From NCBI RefSeq assembly GCF_988243305.1, contig NZ_OZ547136.1: a stretch of 64,000 nucleotides of DNA; one strand, 5' to 3'. A program made the translations under genes and the position numbers. How positions within the stretch are numbered: position 1 is the stretch's first letter; each line of letters begins with the position of its first letter. The notes beneath the pieces are model-generated. The model had not been told where the DNA came from. It ran no database searches and saw only the letters and a program-made list of their open reading frames with translations. Shown here piece after piece: positions 1 through 10,652 of the stretch.

Positions 1-49
1 CCGGTAACGATAGTTTGTGTCAGTACATTGTTGCTCATCACTAACCCCC

Positions 50-3000
50 TTAATACAACGTATCCGGTAAACGGAATTGGCTGAACAGACCACCGGTGAA
101 CGGGTTATCTTCGGTATCCACATGCACCCGATAAACCATCGCGCCGCCGTCCACGTTAAAGCGCACGTTAAAGGTGTCACTGGTCACGTTGGTCAACTGG
201 CCCGCGCCGAACAGGCGGAACTGCGCCCACGGTCCACTGAAAGCGATACTGCGCGGTGCTCCACCGCTGGTGCCAACCAGCGTCAGCTTGCTTTCATTGC
301 CTTCACGCATGTTGTTTGGCCAGACCAGATGGGCGGTATAGTTGCGTCCCTGGCTGTAGTCCACTAACTGGCCGTCCAGGTTAAGTACGCTGCGCCGTTT
401 ATTGCCGGAAAGCGACACCGTTTCCACGGCAAATTGTGTGCCCAGCCCGTTCTGCTGGCTGAAGAAGATGTCGCGGATTTTTTGCGCGGTATCCAGTTGT
501 TGTCGGATATCTTCACGGATCAGCACTCTGCCGTCGTCGCCAAAGGTCAGATCGTTTTCAAGGAACAGTCGCAGGTTGTCCTTATAGAAATTGTCCAGAA
601 TGCCATCCGGTTTAAAGAAACGTTCAAACGCATCCAGTGAGGCATCCTGTGAGGCGCGTGGATTAAACGGATAGTTACCGGCAAGCTGTTCGTTGAAGGG
701 TTTCACTACATTGTCGCGCCAGTCCACTTCCATGTAATGAACAGCTTCCACCATCACCACGTGCCAGGCCTGATCCGCCAGCTTGCCCACCCAGCGGTTA
801 AGCGGTGCAGGCAGGGTTTTTGCCATCTGGCGGGTGGCGAAGATTGGATCGCTGCTGTTTTGATCCAGGCGTAGCTGCACTGCTTTCAGCGCCGATTTTC
901 CCGGCACTGGCGAGTTCTGGATCGCCAGCAGGTAACGGTGCAGCTCGGTCAGTTGCTGGTACACGGCCTGTAGCGTACTCGCCTTGTCCTTTTGCTCCTC
1001 CAGTGCGCTGTTTTCCGGTGCGAACTCATGCCCCAGCCGGGACAACAGGCGGTAATCCATCTCATTTATCACCGCTTCCCGCGCCTTATCGTCCAGTTTG
1101 CCGGAGAGCGTCAGCGCGTGTGTATTATCGCGCAGCGCCGTCAGCGCACGCTGGAATGGCTGATCGCCGCTGATAATCTGCTCCAGCGCGTCGGTCAGCG
1201 CCGGCATGGCCTCATAGTCACGGACGTTGAGATTATCCATTCCGGCACGCCATGTAGCGGTATAGTCACTGAGGTACTGTTCAGTGATATGGCGCTGGAT
1301 CTCTTCACGGTCGGCCTCGCTGTAGGCGACGCTTTGCGTCAGGTTCAGCACCCACGAATCCAGCGCGGTCAACTCAACGAGACCGTCGTGTTGTTTGATA
1401 AAATAGCTTTGCAGGCCATAGCGGGTGAGAAACTGCGGGATCACCAGTTTTTCATCATTACCGGCGACGAACACGTTGTCGAAGGTGGGACCAACCTGGT
1501 CGCGCAAATTCAAATCGGCGGGCAACACGCTTAATGCTTTGGTGCGTAGGGTCTGGTAGACACGCTGGTATATCGGCAGTTTGCTCAGTTCATGTTGCGC
1601 ATTAATGACCGGTTTATCATAGGGTGTCCAGCGGCTGATGGCGTCGCTGTCGCCGCTCTGGCGCTGCGCGTGCCAGTCGGTGTGTTCCAGCGCATAGTCC
1701 AGATGTGCCATCAGTTGCGCCTGAATATCACGCTGGCCGTGAAATTCATTGCTCCAGCGCCGCGCCATGTACTGTTTTACCGCCTCGTTGTTGCGCCCAC
1801 TTTTGTCTTCCATCATGCGCACTACGCGCAGCACGGCGAGTTTTTCTTCACTCTCAGGCGGGGCATTGTTCAGATCCCGGATCAGGCCGTTCATTAACGA
1901 GGGGAGATAACGCTGCTCAAGAAGCTGAATGTAGGTTTGTTCCACATATGGCCCTACGCGGACGCCCTGGTACAATCCCATATCCGCCAGAAAACCGTGA
2001 TCGCGGTAATCGCCGTAGGCGAGGGTGGCATCGCGTACCGGGTTGAGTAACGGCAGTTGCAGATTGCCGAATTCATCCTTTCCCTGCGGTGGTGGTACGT
2101 CCATAAAGGCTTTAGCCTGTGCCAGTACGTTAACGCCGGACTGCCAGTTCTGGTTGTAATAATGGTGCCAGCTTCCGACCAGCAATGCCGCCAGTGCCGC
2201 GCCACAGGCGGAAAAGGCGGTCAGCCTGCGCCGGGAGCTGTTCAGCCAGACGCTGTTTTCACCTGCAAGGTTTGGCTCGGCTAGCAGGACTTCCGGGAAG
2301 AGGCGGCGGGTGAAATACGGCGTTGTTTCCACCAGGGGCCAGGTCGCCAGCGAGCTGTTGCCCAGCCCGTACTGGCGGGCGGCGGACTGCGTGAAAATAT
2401 CATCCACCTGGCCGCGCTGTAGCGAGGATGTGAGCCAGACGCCGCGCAGCATCACATCCATATTCTCGCCGTCCAGCAATGCGGCGAGCAGTGAAGTGAC
2501 GATTTCTCCCGTTCCCTGCATCTGACGGGAGAAGCTGAACACGGCGCTGCGTAGCGCAGCACCGGTCTGCACGAGCATCAGGTCTGACAGGGCCAGGTTC
2601 ATCTGTTGTCCCCAGGTCTGCCAGAAGGTGCTCAGCTCGCTGCGCCAGTCATCGTTTTCATGAGCGCGGCGGGTAAACGTGACGCCGAGGATCGCGTCGC
2701 GGTCTTTTTTATCCAGTGAATGGAACAGCGCGGCAAAGCCGGTCAGTAGATCCAGCCGGGTCAGCACCACATAAACGGGCAACCGGCAGTGCAGGCACTG
2801 GCGAATTTCCTGAAGTTGCTGACGCAGATTTTGTACCAGTGCTTCGCGACGGAGTTTATCCGCCGTCAGCAGTTCGGGAAGATCGAGCGTCAGGATCAGA
2901 CCATTGAGCGGCTGGCGTGCGCGCGTTTCCATCAGCCAGCCCAGCCAGTGTTCGCGCAGGCGGCGGTGGAGCAGATCATCCCCGCCGGGGGAGGTCAGTA

Positions 3001-3577
3001 CGCCGTCAACATCGAAAATTACTGCCTGGTTGCCCACTCGCGGTGTGATCAGCGGATGATATTCCACACCCCGGATGCTTTCCGGCATGTAAATAATGTC
3101 AGACGGAAAGCCCTCGCGCAGCAGCGTGCTTTTGCCGCTACCCGCAGGACCAATGACCATATACCACGGCAACTGCCACAGATAACTGCGGTTATCCAGA
3201 TGGCGGCGCAGGCGCAGCAGCCAGTGATCCAAATATTGCTGCTGGTGGTGGAGTTCCACGGTCAACGGATCTTTTTCTTCCTCCCGCTGCTGTTTCTGCT
3301 GTTTTTCCAGCTTTTGCAGACGCTTCATTACCCGCCAGGTGAGCCAGACCAGAGCGATAAGCCCCCAGACGGCGGTCGCCAGCCAGCGGTTTGCCAGCGG
3401 AGCCAGCCAGTGCTGCTCATAGAGCGTCCATTTTGGACCCTGCCACCAGATCCACACCAGCAGAAAAATCCATGCCAGCGCCAGCAGCCAGGCGGCGGAT
3501 ACCTTGAATCGCGGCATCGCTGGCCTGAGCGCAGATCTCAACGAGCTGAACAGTCGGGATGTGGGAAATTTGAACAC
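50..3577 (-). CDS. tssM: Type VI secretion membrane subunit TssM (IcmF family)
   Basis: 1175-aa ORF; N-terminal hydrophobic helices (AWLLALAWIFLLVWIWW); Walker A-like GPAGSGKST; size and position typical of TssM; last gene of the minus-strand T6SS operon. Confidence 0.9.
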   Translation of the reverse strand: MFKFPTSRLFSSLRSALRPAMPRFKVSAAWLLALAWIFLLVWIWWQGPKWTLYEQHWLAPLANRWLATAVWGLIALVWLTWRVMKRLQKLEKQQKQQREEEKDPLTVELHHQQQYLDHWLLRLRRHLDNRSYLWQLPWYMVIGPAGSGKSTLLREGFPSDIIYMPESIRGVEYHPLITPRVGNQAVIFDVDGVLTSPGGDDLLHRRLREHWLGWLMETRARQPLNGLILTLDLPELLTADKLRREALVQNLRQQLQEIRQCLHCRLPVYVVLTRLDLLTGFAALFHSLDKKDRDAILGVTFTRRAHENDDWRSELSTFWQTWGQQMNLALSDLMLVQTGAALRSAVFSFSRQMQGTGEIVTSLLAALLDGENMDVMLRGVWLTSSLQRGQVDDIFTQSAARQYGLGNSSLATWPLVETTPYFTRRLFPEVLLAEPNLAGENSVWLNSSRRRLTAFSACGAALAALLVGSWHHYYNQNWQSGVNVLAQAKAFMDVPPPQGKDEFGNLQLPLLNPVRDATLAYGDYRDHGFLADMGLYQGVRVGPYVEQTYIQLLEQRYLPSLMNGLIRDLNNAPPESEEKLAVLRVVRMMEDKSGRNNEAVKQYMARRWSNEFHGQRDIQAQLMAHLDYALEHTDWHAQRQSGDSDAISRWTPYDKPVINAQHELSKLPIYQRVYQTLRTKALSVLPADLNLRDQVGPTFDNVFVAGNDEKLVIPQFLTRYGLQSYFIKQHDGLVELTALDSWVLNLTQSVAYSEADREEIQRHITEQYLSDYTATWRAGMDNLNVRDYEAMPALTDALEQIISGDQPFQRALTALRDNTHALTLSGKLDDKAREAVINEMDYRLLSRLGHEFAPENSALEEQKDKASTLQAVYQQLTELHRYLLAIQNSPVPGKSALKAVQLRLDQNSSDPIFATRQMAKTLPAPLNRWVGKLADQAWHVVMVEAVHYMEVDWRDNVVKPFNEQLAGNYPFNPRASQDASLDAFERFFKPDGILDNFYKDNLRLFLENDLTFGDDGRVLIREDIRQQLDTAQKIRDIFFSQQNGLGTQFAVETVSLSGNKRRSVLNLDGQLVDYSQGRNYTAHLVWPNNMREGNESKLTLVGTSGGAPRSIAFSGPWAQFRLFGAGQLTNVTSDTFNVRFNVDGGAMVYRVHVDTEDNPFTGGLFSQFRLPDTLY

Positions 3578-3596
3578 AGTAACTCCTTGTTATCTT

Positions 3597-5039
3597 TTAC
3601 TGTTCTGCCGTGAATTTTTGTTCCAGTGCTTTCAGCAGGGAAGGCTCCCATTCGGGTAGCATCATGTGTAAGCCTGTTTTGAAGAGCATCCGGTACTGCT
3701 GTTGTGCAAGCTGAACCATACCGGCTTCTTCCAGTAACTGCGCGCCGAAAAATTGGCGATGAAACTGGTTACGGGGATCACCTTCGGGCAGGTTTTCCAG
3801 ATACCGCAGCGCGGTTTCCAGCCCGTTCTCATCGAAGCACGCCCTGGCCGCCTGTAATTCTTCATCGGTCTGTACAGCTGCTGCGGTTTGGTTGCCTGAG
3901 CCCGATGGTGCCAGCCACTGTTTCGTCTGTTCGGACACAAACGGAGTGCGGTCGTTAAACAACAGGTTGATCAGTGCGGGCAGGCGAGCAAGAAAACTGG
4001 TAACTTCATCACGGATAGCATCCGCCACCTGTATATAACCAAGGCGCAACGCGGTCTGTGCTGAGAGGTAATGGCCGTCCAGCCAGTACGGGGCCAGCAG
4101 CAGGCTTTTTTCCACCTGCTGCCAAAGCGCCATGTCGGCATTGTTCAGTCGCGCCAGATAGTCATCCATCATATCTACAGGGAAAGCAGCCAGAGGGGTC
4201 CGGCCATCGCTTTCTGCCTGCGGGGTACTGGTGATGGTCTGCCACAGCGCATGGCGGCGCAGGCGGTAACCCAGCGGTGACTCCGGCTGACGTTCACAGA
4301 GAATGGCGGCTACCTTCAACAGGGTGTCGCGCCATGCTTTATCATCGTGGCTGTCCACGGTGACCTGCGGGATTGGAGTGGCTGCAACAGGAGGCTGAGC
4401 GGAAACTGTGTGCGGTAACATATCCGGTGCAGATCCGGTCGTGGCCTGCGGCGCAATGGCGGCGGTTCGTGCAGATGATGGCATTTCAGGCGCTACATCA
4501 CGAAACGCGCGCTGAAACAGAGTAAATAAATCGTCTGTCGCCTTAGCCAGCTCAGGCGCGTTGTGCGCCTGCCAGCACAGTGCCAGTTTTGCCAGCTCTC
4601 CCAGCAAAGCATCGCGCTGTGTTGTCACAGCATTCCCGGCAAAGTCATGAATGGCCGACTCAAAGCGTTTTATCACTTGGGTGGCGAAGCGTTTTTTGTG
4701 GGCCATGTTCTGCGGCGCGGCGCATGTCCAGTAGTGCTCTGTATATTGTGTCAGTATCCTGGAGGCCAGCAGAATATCACCGGCATGTTGCAGGGTACGC
4801 AGCAGGTGGGCCAGCAGGCGAAAATCTTTGGTTTCTGAGGCCAGAAGCATCAGGCCCCGGCGCTGAAGTTCGGGGATATCAAGCTGGCTGTGCGCCAGTG
4901 AACCGAGCTTGACGATTTCGCTGTCGATAAACTCCCAGTCTGCATTGCCATCATCAAGCGCGGCGGACAGCTTATCTTCCGGCAGGTTTTCCAGCAGGTG
5001 TGCAAGCCATATATCAGGATTACGTAAGTCCATTGCCAT
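3597..5039 (-). CDS. tssA: Type VI secretion protein TssA (ImpA family)
   Basis: ORF track gives 3597..5105; preferred start is the ATG at 5039 (MAMDLRNPDIW...), which has an AGGAGA Shine-Dalgarno 8 nt upstream on the minus strand and avoids overlap with the upstream gene; about 480 aa. Confidence 0.8.
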   Translation of the reverse strand: MAMDLRNPDIWLAHLLENLPEDKLSAALDDGNADWEFIDSEIVKLGSLAHSQLDIPELQRRGLMLLASETKDFRLLAHLLRTLQHAGDILLASRILTQYTEHYWTCAAPQNMAHKKRFATQVIKRFESAIHDFAGNAVTTQRDALLGELAKLALCWQAHNAPELAKATDDLFTLFQRAFRDVAPEMPSSARTAAIAPQATTGSAPDMLPHTVSAQPPVAATPIPQVTVDSHDDKAWRDTLLKVAAILCERQPESPLGYRLRRHALWQTITSTPQAESDGRTPLAAFPVDMMDDYLARLNNADMALWQQVEKSLLLAPYWLDGHYLSAQTALRLGYIQVADAIRDEVTSFLARLPALINLLFNDRTPFVSEQTKQWLAPSGSGNQTAAAVQTDEELQAARACFDENGLETALRYLENLPEGDPRNQFHRQFFGAQLLEEAGMVQLAQQQYRMLFKTGLHMMLPEWEPSLLKALEQKFTAEQ

Positions 5040-5043
5040 ATTT

Positions 5044-5787
5044 TTATTCTCCTGCCCAGTGGCAGGCGTCGCGTAGCGGCGCAATAACCCGCGCCAGCCC
5101 GTCAATGTTAAAGGTCAGCTTTCCGGCAGCATTGTCTGTGCCGGTATCAACCGTCAGTGTTTTAGCAGCGAATAGTTGCTTAATTTCATCAATACCGGAT
5201 AACCCCCGGCTGGACTCCAGCAGGGTGCCGTTCTCGCGCACAAACCAGTGGCTGCGCAATGCCCGGCTGTCGGCATTCAGGGTGACGGCGATATCATGGA
5301 CATCCAGAGGATGCATCAGCGCCACCTGCATCCGGGTGATATTGTCCACGCAACTGAACATCAGCACCGGGCGCGGCGGAACATGACCGATAGCCGGGGT
5401 GGTTATCACTACCGTCGGGCGTTCACCCGGCACCTGCGTCACCAGCAGCTCTGTGGTGCTGCCCTGGCGGCGTTTTTCCTGCTCTGTGGCGCGGGTCCAG
5501 GCTTCGCCCACAAAGCTGGCTTTGACCAGTGCGGCGTTGCCGAAGCCGGGCTGTTCCGGTGCAAGAATGCGGTCATAACAGTCAAGCCGCTCCAGCGCCG
5601 CAGATTCCCGCCGACAGGACTGCATGGCCTGTAACGTGGCTGTCGCATCCGGCGGGGGCGTGGTGGCGACGGCGACCGCCGCACCGGCCATTGACGATGT
5701 TTCTGCGGGCGCGGCACTGGCGGGTAAGCCCGCCATCAGGCCCGCGATAAACCATCCTGCCTGCCGGAAAACGCGCAACCTGCTCAT
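5044..5787 (-). CDS. T6SS-associated exported protein (VasI/TagO-like); family assignment tentative
   Basis: 247-aa ORF embedded between clpV and tssA; N-terminal signal-peptide-like segment (FIAGLMAGLPASAAPA); 4-nt overlap with the clpV stop suggests translational coupling. Confidence 0.5.
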   Translation of the reverse strand: MSRLRVFRQAGWFIAGLMAGLPASAAPAETSSMAGAAVAVATTPPPDATATLQAMQSCRRESAALERLDCYDRILAPEQPGFGNAALVKASFVGEAWTRATEQEKRRQGSTTELLVTQVPGERPTVVITTPAIGHVPPRPVLMFSCVDNITRMQVALMHPLDVHDIAVTLNADSRALRSHWFVRENGTLLESSRGLSGIDEIKQLFAAKTLTVDTGTDNAAGKLTFNIDGLARVIAPLRDACHWAGE

Positions 5788-8516
5788 AAAACCGTTTCAT
5801 CCTTTGTGACAAACTCGTCGTCCTGAGCATCTTCCACGTCTGCCGTGAACGCGCCGTCTGCCGCCGACAGGCGGATACGGGCAATCGCCGTGTTGGCTGC
5901 CATTTTCTGCAACAGCAGCAGCGAGAGCGGCGGCAGCATGTCGCCATCGATGACCGATTCCAGCATCCTCGCGCCGTTTTCCGCGCGGGTGACGCGGCTC
6001 ATGATTTCGTCCGTCACTTCCGGCTCAATAATCACGTCCGCGCCAAAGCGGCTGCGCAGCACGTTATCCAGACGGGCCAGTTTCCCGGCAATAATGGTGG
6101 CGAGCGTCTCTTTCGACAGCGGCAGGTATGGCACCACTTCCATACGCGCCAGCAGCGCCGGTTTAAAGAAGTCCGCCAGCACCGGATAGAGCACTTCCTG
6201 CATGGTTTCCGGGTCATCGGCGTGTTCGACAATCACCTGATAACCAAGGTTGGAGGTGAGGAAGAAAACGATGTTTTTACAGTCAATCAGGCGGCCTTCG
6301 CCGTCTGCCATCTCGCCCTTGTCGAACGCCTGGTAGAACAGGTTGAGGACATCCGGGTGCGCTTTTTCCACTTCATCGAGCAGCACCACCGAGTAGGGTT
6401 TCTGGCGGATCGCTTCGGTCAGTACGCCGCCTTCGCCATAGCCGACATAGCCCGGAGGGGAGCCAATCAGCCGCGAGACGGTGTGTTTCTCCTGGAACTC
6501 GGACATATTGATGGTGGTCAGGTACTGGCGACCGCCGTAGAGCAGCTCTGCCAGTTGCAGGACGGTTTCGGTTTTACCCACGCCGCTGGGGCCAGCCAGC
6601 AGGAACGCGCCGAGCGGGCGTCCCGGACGGCGCAGGTCGGCGCGTGCGGTCAGCAGGTGTTTATGCAGGCTGGCAATTGCCAGGTCCTGGCCTTTGATGG
6701 TGTCACCAAGCCACTTCGGCAGGTCGGTGATGACCGACATTTCATTCTGCGACAGGCGGTTAAGCGGTACGCCGGTCCATTCGGCAATCACCGCCGCAAT
6801 CTGTTTTTTATCGACGTGCGGGGAAACCAGCAACCGGTCGTTATGCAGGGCGTCCAGTTCGGCAGTGAGTTGTACTAGCTGCTGCACCGGGGAAACTGTT
6901 TCAGCGGTCTCTTCCGGCTGTGTACTGCCCGCATCATCAGCCGGTGCGGTACCGGTATTATCCTGTTCTGACTCTGGCGGCGTATCCACTACGGCATCTG
7001 TGTCCTCTGTCACACCCAGCAATAGCTGGCGCAGCGCGATAATTTCCCGTACCAGCTTCTGCTGCTGGTGCCAGGCCGCTTCCAGTTCATCCAGCGCCGT
7101 CAGCGTTTCATCGTACTGCACCAGCACCTCAGTCATCCGTGAAGTGTCGGTACGCAGCCCGATGCGAAGCTCGCGCTCAAGCTGGCGAATTTCCGCCTCC
7201 TGCTGGTGGCTCAGGGTGGTCAGCGCCGAGATTTGCTTCGGTGGCGATGACAGGTTGATGGCCACACGGGCGCAGGCGGTATCCAGCACATCAATGGCTT
7301 TGTCCGGCAACTGACGCCCGGAGAGATAACGCTCGCTCAGCGTTGCTGCGGCCTGCAAGGCGTCATCATCAATCAGCACGCCGTGAGACTGTTCATAGAC
7401 CGCCGACAAACCGCGCAGAATAATGGTGGCTTCGGTGGCGTTGGGTTCGCTGATCTTCACTAACTGGAAGCGGCGCGACAAAGCTGCATCTTTCTCGAAG
7501 TATTTTTTGTATTCGCTCCAGGTTGTGGCGGCGATGGTTTTCAGTTCGCCACGCGCCAGCGCCGGTTTGAGCAGGTTGGAGATATCCAGCCCGCCCTGCT
7601 GGTTGCCCGCGCCAATCAGAGTATGTGCTTCGTCGATAAACAGAATGACTGGCACCGGAGAGGAAATGACCTCCGCCATCAGCCCCTTGAAGCGTTTTTC
7701 AAACTCACCTTTCACCGACGCACCGGCCTGTAATGCGCCCAGGTCAAGGGTCATAATATCGGTGTTTTTCAGCTTGTCCGGCACCTGGCCTGAGACAATA
7801 CGCAGCGCCAGCCCTTCGATTAAGGCACTTTTACCCACACCCGCTTCACCCACCACCACCGGATTGTTTTTACGACGGCGGCAGAGAATGTCGATCATCA
7901 GGTCGATTTCATGGTCACGGCACAGTACAGGGTCAAGTTTGCCGTTACGGGCATCTTCGGTCATGTTTTTGGCGTAGCGGGCAAGCCCGCTGTCGCCGGT
8001 TTCAGGCGTGCCGGGTGCCTGTCCGCCAACCTGGTTCACGGATTCGGCGGACTCTTTAGTCCATGACGCGAAATCCTGCTGTAACTGGTCGCGGTTTATG
8101 GCCGTCAGCAGACGGGCAGCAGCGGGTGGAATATAGCGCAGCGGTGAATGCAGCAGAGCCAGCAGCAGCACGCCGCCGCGTAGTTCGCTGTGCTGCATCT
8201 GGGCCGAGGCCAGCAGCCATGACTCCTTGAGCCATTCGACCAGCATCGGGGAGAAGCTGGGATAGCCTTCGGCGGAACGTCCGCTGGGATAACTCTCCAC
8301 GGTCAGCGCCTGGCGTAGCTCCTCCGCACTGATGCCTGTGCGTTCGGTAATTACCCTTACGTCGTTGCGCGGGATAGACAGCATCTGCAACAGCACATGG
8401 GCAACGGTGATCTCACTGGCCTGCTGGCTCATACACTCCGAGGCAGCCATTTCCAGCGCCTGTTTTGCAAAGGGGTTAAGCCGCTTTACCAGCGTGGCTA
8501 AATCAATCTGGATCAT
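5784..8516 (-). CDS. clpV: T6SS AAA+ ATPase ClpV (TssH)
   Basis: 910-aa ORF with two AAA+ modules: Walker A GEAGVGKS and GPSGVGKT; Clp N-domain-like N-terminus. Confidence 0.9.
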   Translation of the reverse strand: MIQIDLATLVKRLNPFAKQALEMAASECMSQQASEITVAHVLLQMLSIPRNDVRVITERTGISAEELRQALTVESYPSGRSAEGYPSFSPMLVEWLKESWLLASAQMQHSELRGGVLLLALLHSPLRYIPPAAARLLTAINRDQLQQDFASWTKESAESVNQVGGQAPGTPETGDSGLARYAKNMTEDARNGKLDPVLCRDHEIDLMIDILCRRRKNNPVVVGEAGVGKSALIEGLALRIVSGQVPDKLKNTDIMTLDLGALQAGASVKGEFEKRFKGLMAEVISSPVPVILFIDEAHTLIGAGNQQGGLDISNLLKPALARGELKTIAATTWSEYKKYFEKDAALSRRFQLVKISEPNATEATIILRGLSAVYEQSHGVLIDDDALQAAATLSERYLSGRQLPDKAIDVLDTACARVAINLSSPPKQISALTTLSHQQEAEIRQLERELRIGLRTDTSRMTEVLVQYDETLTALDELEAAWHQQQKLVREIIALRQLLLGVTEDTDAVVDTPPESEQDNTGTAPADDAGSTQPEETAETVSPVQQLVQLTAELDALHNDRLLVSPHVDKKQIAAVIAEWTGVPLNRLSQNEMSVITDLPKWLGDTIKGQDLAIASLHKHLLTARADLRRPGRPLGAFLLAGPSGVGKTETVLQLAELLYGGRQYLTTINMSEFQEKHTVSRLIGSPPGYVGYGEGGVLTEAIRQKPYSVVLLDEVEKAHPDVLNLFYQAFDKGEMADGEGRLIDCKNIVFFLTSNLGYQVIVEHADDPETMQEVLYPVLADFFKPALLARMEVVPYLPLSKETLATIIAGKLARLDNVLRSRFGADVIIEPEVTDEIMSRVTRAENGARMLESVIDGDMLPPLSLLLLQKMAANTAIARIRLSAADGAFTADVEDAQDDEFVTKDETVL

Positions 8517-8525
8517 AAGATGTCC

Positions 8526-9299
8526 TTATCGGAGTAATTTATTGAGCTGATGCAGAATATCCTGTGTCTGGCTGTCCAGACGCAGCAGATAAAACAGATA
8601 AAATACGGCCAGCACAACAAGACCGCCGCACATTACATGCCTGATGGTCAGCCGCCGGATTAACTGATAACGCCCGCCCTGTATGTTGTTCTTCTGGTGA
8701 AGCAGCGGAAATGGCGCGTCACCGCGCAGTTTGTGCAGGGCATGGTGCAGGCGCTGGTAGATCCGCTCAAATTCATCCTGTTGCTGAATGGCAACCTTGT
8801 AGCGCCCGCGAAAGCCGAGCGAAAAACAGAGATATAAAAATTCCAGCAGATCCTGGTAACGTACCGGCTCCCGGATCAGGCGTTCGAGCAGGATAAACAC
8901 TTTCTCGCCGCCCCAGGCTTCGTTATGAAAATGAACCAGCAGCGACTGTTTGATCCATTCGTTTTTGTTGGACCAGCCGTTGCCCAGCGCCGCTTCGTCA
9001 ATAAACGTGCAGAGAATGTAGCGGAACGAAACAATGACGCCCGGCTCGTAACCCTGCTCCTGGAGTAGTTGTTCCACAGCCTGGACATCGGTTACCACCT
9101 GGGCAAACAGATGTTCCGGCATGGCCTGGCTGTTCATGGTGGACAGACGCATCACCATGCCGAGCAACGGCGTGGCGGCGTCAATCATTGGGTTCAGGCT
9201 GTTGCCGCGAAGGGCGAGACGATACTGACGTCCTGATGTTCCGCTCTCCGGCTCCATGGGAAAAACCGACGGTTCACCCATATCGCTGATATCGCTCAT
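8526..9299 (-). CDS. tssL: T6SS membrane protein TssL (DotU family)
   Basis: 257 aa; C-terminal transmembrane helix (GGLVVLAVFYLFYLL); position between tssK and clpV. Confidence 0.85.
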   Translation of the reverse strand: MSDISDMGEPSVFPMEPESGTSGRQYRLALRGNSLNPMIDAATPLLGMVMRLSTMNSQAMPEHLFAQVVTDVQAVEQLLQEQGYEPGVIVSFRYILCTFIDEAALGNGWSNKNEWIKQSLLVHFHNEAWGGEKVFILLERLIREPVRYQDLLEFLYLCFSLGFRGRYKVAIQQQDEFERIYQRLHHALHKLRGDAPFPLLHQKNNIQGGRYQLIRRLTIRHVMCGGLVVLAVFYLFYLLRLDSQTQDILHQLNKLLR

Positions 9300-9303
9300 T
9301 CAC

Positions 9304-10650
9304 TTATCCCCTTATCGCCCAGAGCTGAAGGTTCAGATCGGGGAAGGTGCCGGAGATATGCAGCGCCAGCGCGCCCGCTTTTATCACGTCCTGCCAGGCT
9401 GGGGTGCCTTTTTCCAGTTCGAAGTAAACATAACCTTCATGCCAGGGCAACTGACGCGGCGCAGCGGTAAGCGTGTGCAGCGGAATACCCGGCACCTGCA
9501 CGCTGACCACGCTGCGGATTTTGTCGGTAGCGGCCACTTTCGACTGCTGGATGAACTGGCGCTGCACCTGGTCGTAGGGCATCCTGGCGCGCACTGCCAG
9601 TACCAGCTTGCAGGACTGCAACAGTGTGGGATCGCTGATGGTGGCGATCCAGGTCCCCTCTGAAAAGAACAGCGGCAGATTCTGCGCACGCGGTACCAGC
9701 ACGGTATTGAGTGCGCGCCGCAGTTCCGGAATTACTGTTCTGGTGAAGGTCGCGGTAAGATCCCGGTGATTATACGGCTCCACGGTGCAGGGCAGGCGAT
9801 TACCTTCGGTGAAGGTCATCAGTTCTCCCAGCAGCCCCACCAGATCCCGGTAGAAGGCTTCCGGATGCAGCGTGTGCAGTTGGGAACGATGCGTGAACTG
9901 CATTTGATGGCGGTTAAGCATCTGCAACATCATAAATTCGGCCACATCGGCGATCCCGCTCTGTTCAGGCGAACCGATGCGCCCGGCCAGGTCGGCGGCG
10001 CGGGTGGCAAGTAGCCCCTGCACCTCGCCGGAGAATGCCCCGAGCAACCCGCTGACACGGACGGCCTGAATGGTGGGAATAAAGGTGTTGTCCAGCACCA
10101 GTGCGCCGGTAGCATTTTTATTGAGGATACGGCACAGGGGGAGGGTCACCATCGCGCTGAGATCATCTGCGCCGCTGACTATCCTGGGGATCAACTGCCC
10201 CAGACCGACCGGCTGTTCGTCGCCTTCGTCAGTGTGAAAATCACGGACGCGGGTATGGGTGAGGCGGTAACGTTCCGTGCCCTGACCGGCGCTGTGCAAC
10301 CCCTGGATTTCATTGATCACGTCGCTGATTACAGGCAGTGCCAGATAAATATTGTGGCTCTCTTTCGATGAAAGGGTTCCCGGCTGGAAAGGTTCCGGCA
10401 GCAGATCCTGGTCGGGAATGCTGAATACGGTGCCGTCAGGCATACAGCCCGCCGCACGGTCAATCATGATTTTGCCCTGGGCAAGCAGTTCGGTATTGAT
10501 GGAGAGTTCTGTAAAGCCCCAGAAAAAATCACCCTGAGCATCCAGACGACGGGTCAGCAGGTACTCGCAGTGACGCTGCTGTTGCTGAAAATGCTGCGGC
10601 AGGGCAAACAGCCCTTCCTGCCAGATCACCTTGTTTTTCATTGTTGCCAT
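9304..10650 (-). CDS. tssK: T6SS baseplate protein TssK
   Basis: 448 aa; N-terminus VIWQEGLFALPQHFQQQ typical of TssK; start could instead be the ATG 9 nt downstream (MKNKV...). Confidence 0.85.
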   Translation of the reverse strand: MATMKNKVIWQEGLFALPQHFQQQQRHCEYLLTRRLDAQGDFFWGFTELSINTELLAQGKIMIDRAAGCMPDGTVFSIPDQDLLPEPFQPGTLSSKESHNIYLALPVISDVINEIQGLHSAGQGTERYRLTHTRVRDFHTDEGDEQPVGLGQLIPRIVSGADDLSAMVTLPLCRILNKNATGALVLDNTFIPTIQAVRVSGLLGAFSGEVQGLLATRAADLAGRIGSPEQSGIADVAEFMMLQMLNRHQMQFTHRSQLHTLHPEAFYRDLVGLLGELMTFTEGNRLPCTVEPYNHRDLTATFTRTVIPELRRALNTVLVPRAQNLPLFFSEGTWIATISDPTLLQSCKLVLAVRARMPYDQVQRQFIQQSKVAATDKIRSVVSVQVPGIPLHTLTAAPRQLPWHEGYVYFELEKGTPAWQDVIKAGALALHISGTFPDLNLQLWAIRG

Positions 10651-10652
10651 CG

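Noticed and set aside
992-3613. Plus-strand ORFs (for example 992..1534 and 2789..3613, up to 274 aa) inside the tssM locus
   Set aside because: They lie antisense to a well-supported 1175-aa gene, have no start or ribosome-binding context, and are the expected by-product of GC-rich coding DNA.
6222-7977. Plus-strand ORFs of 184-218 aa opposite clpV
   Set aside because: Antisense to the AAA+ ATPase gene; Ser/Ala/Cys-rich composition without recognisable domains.
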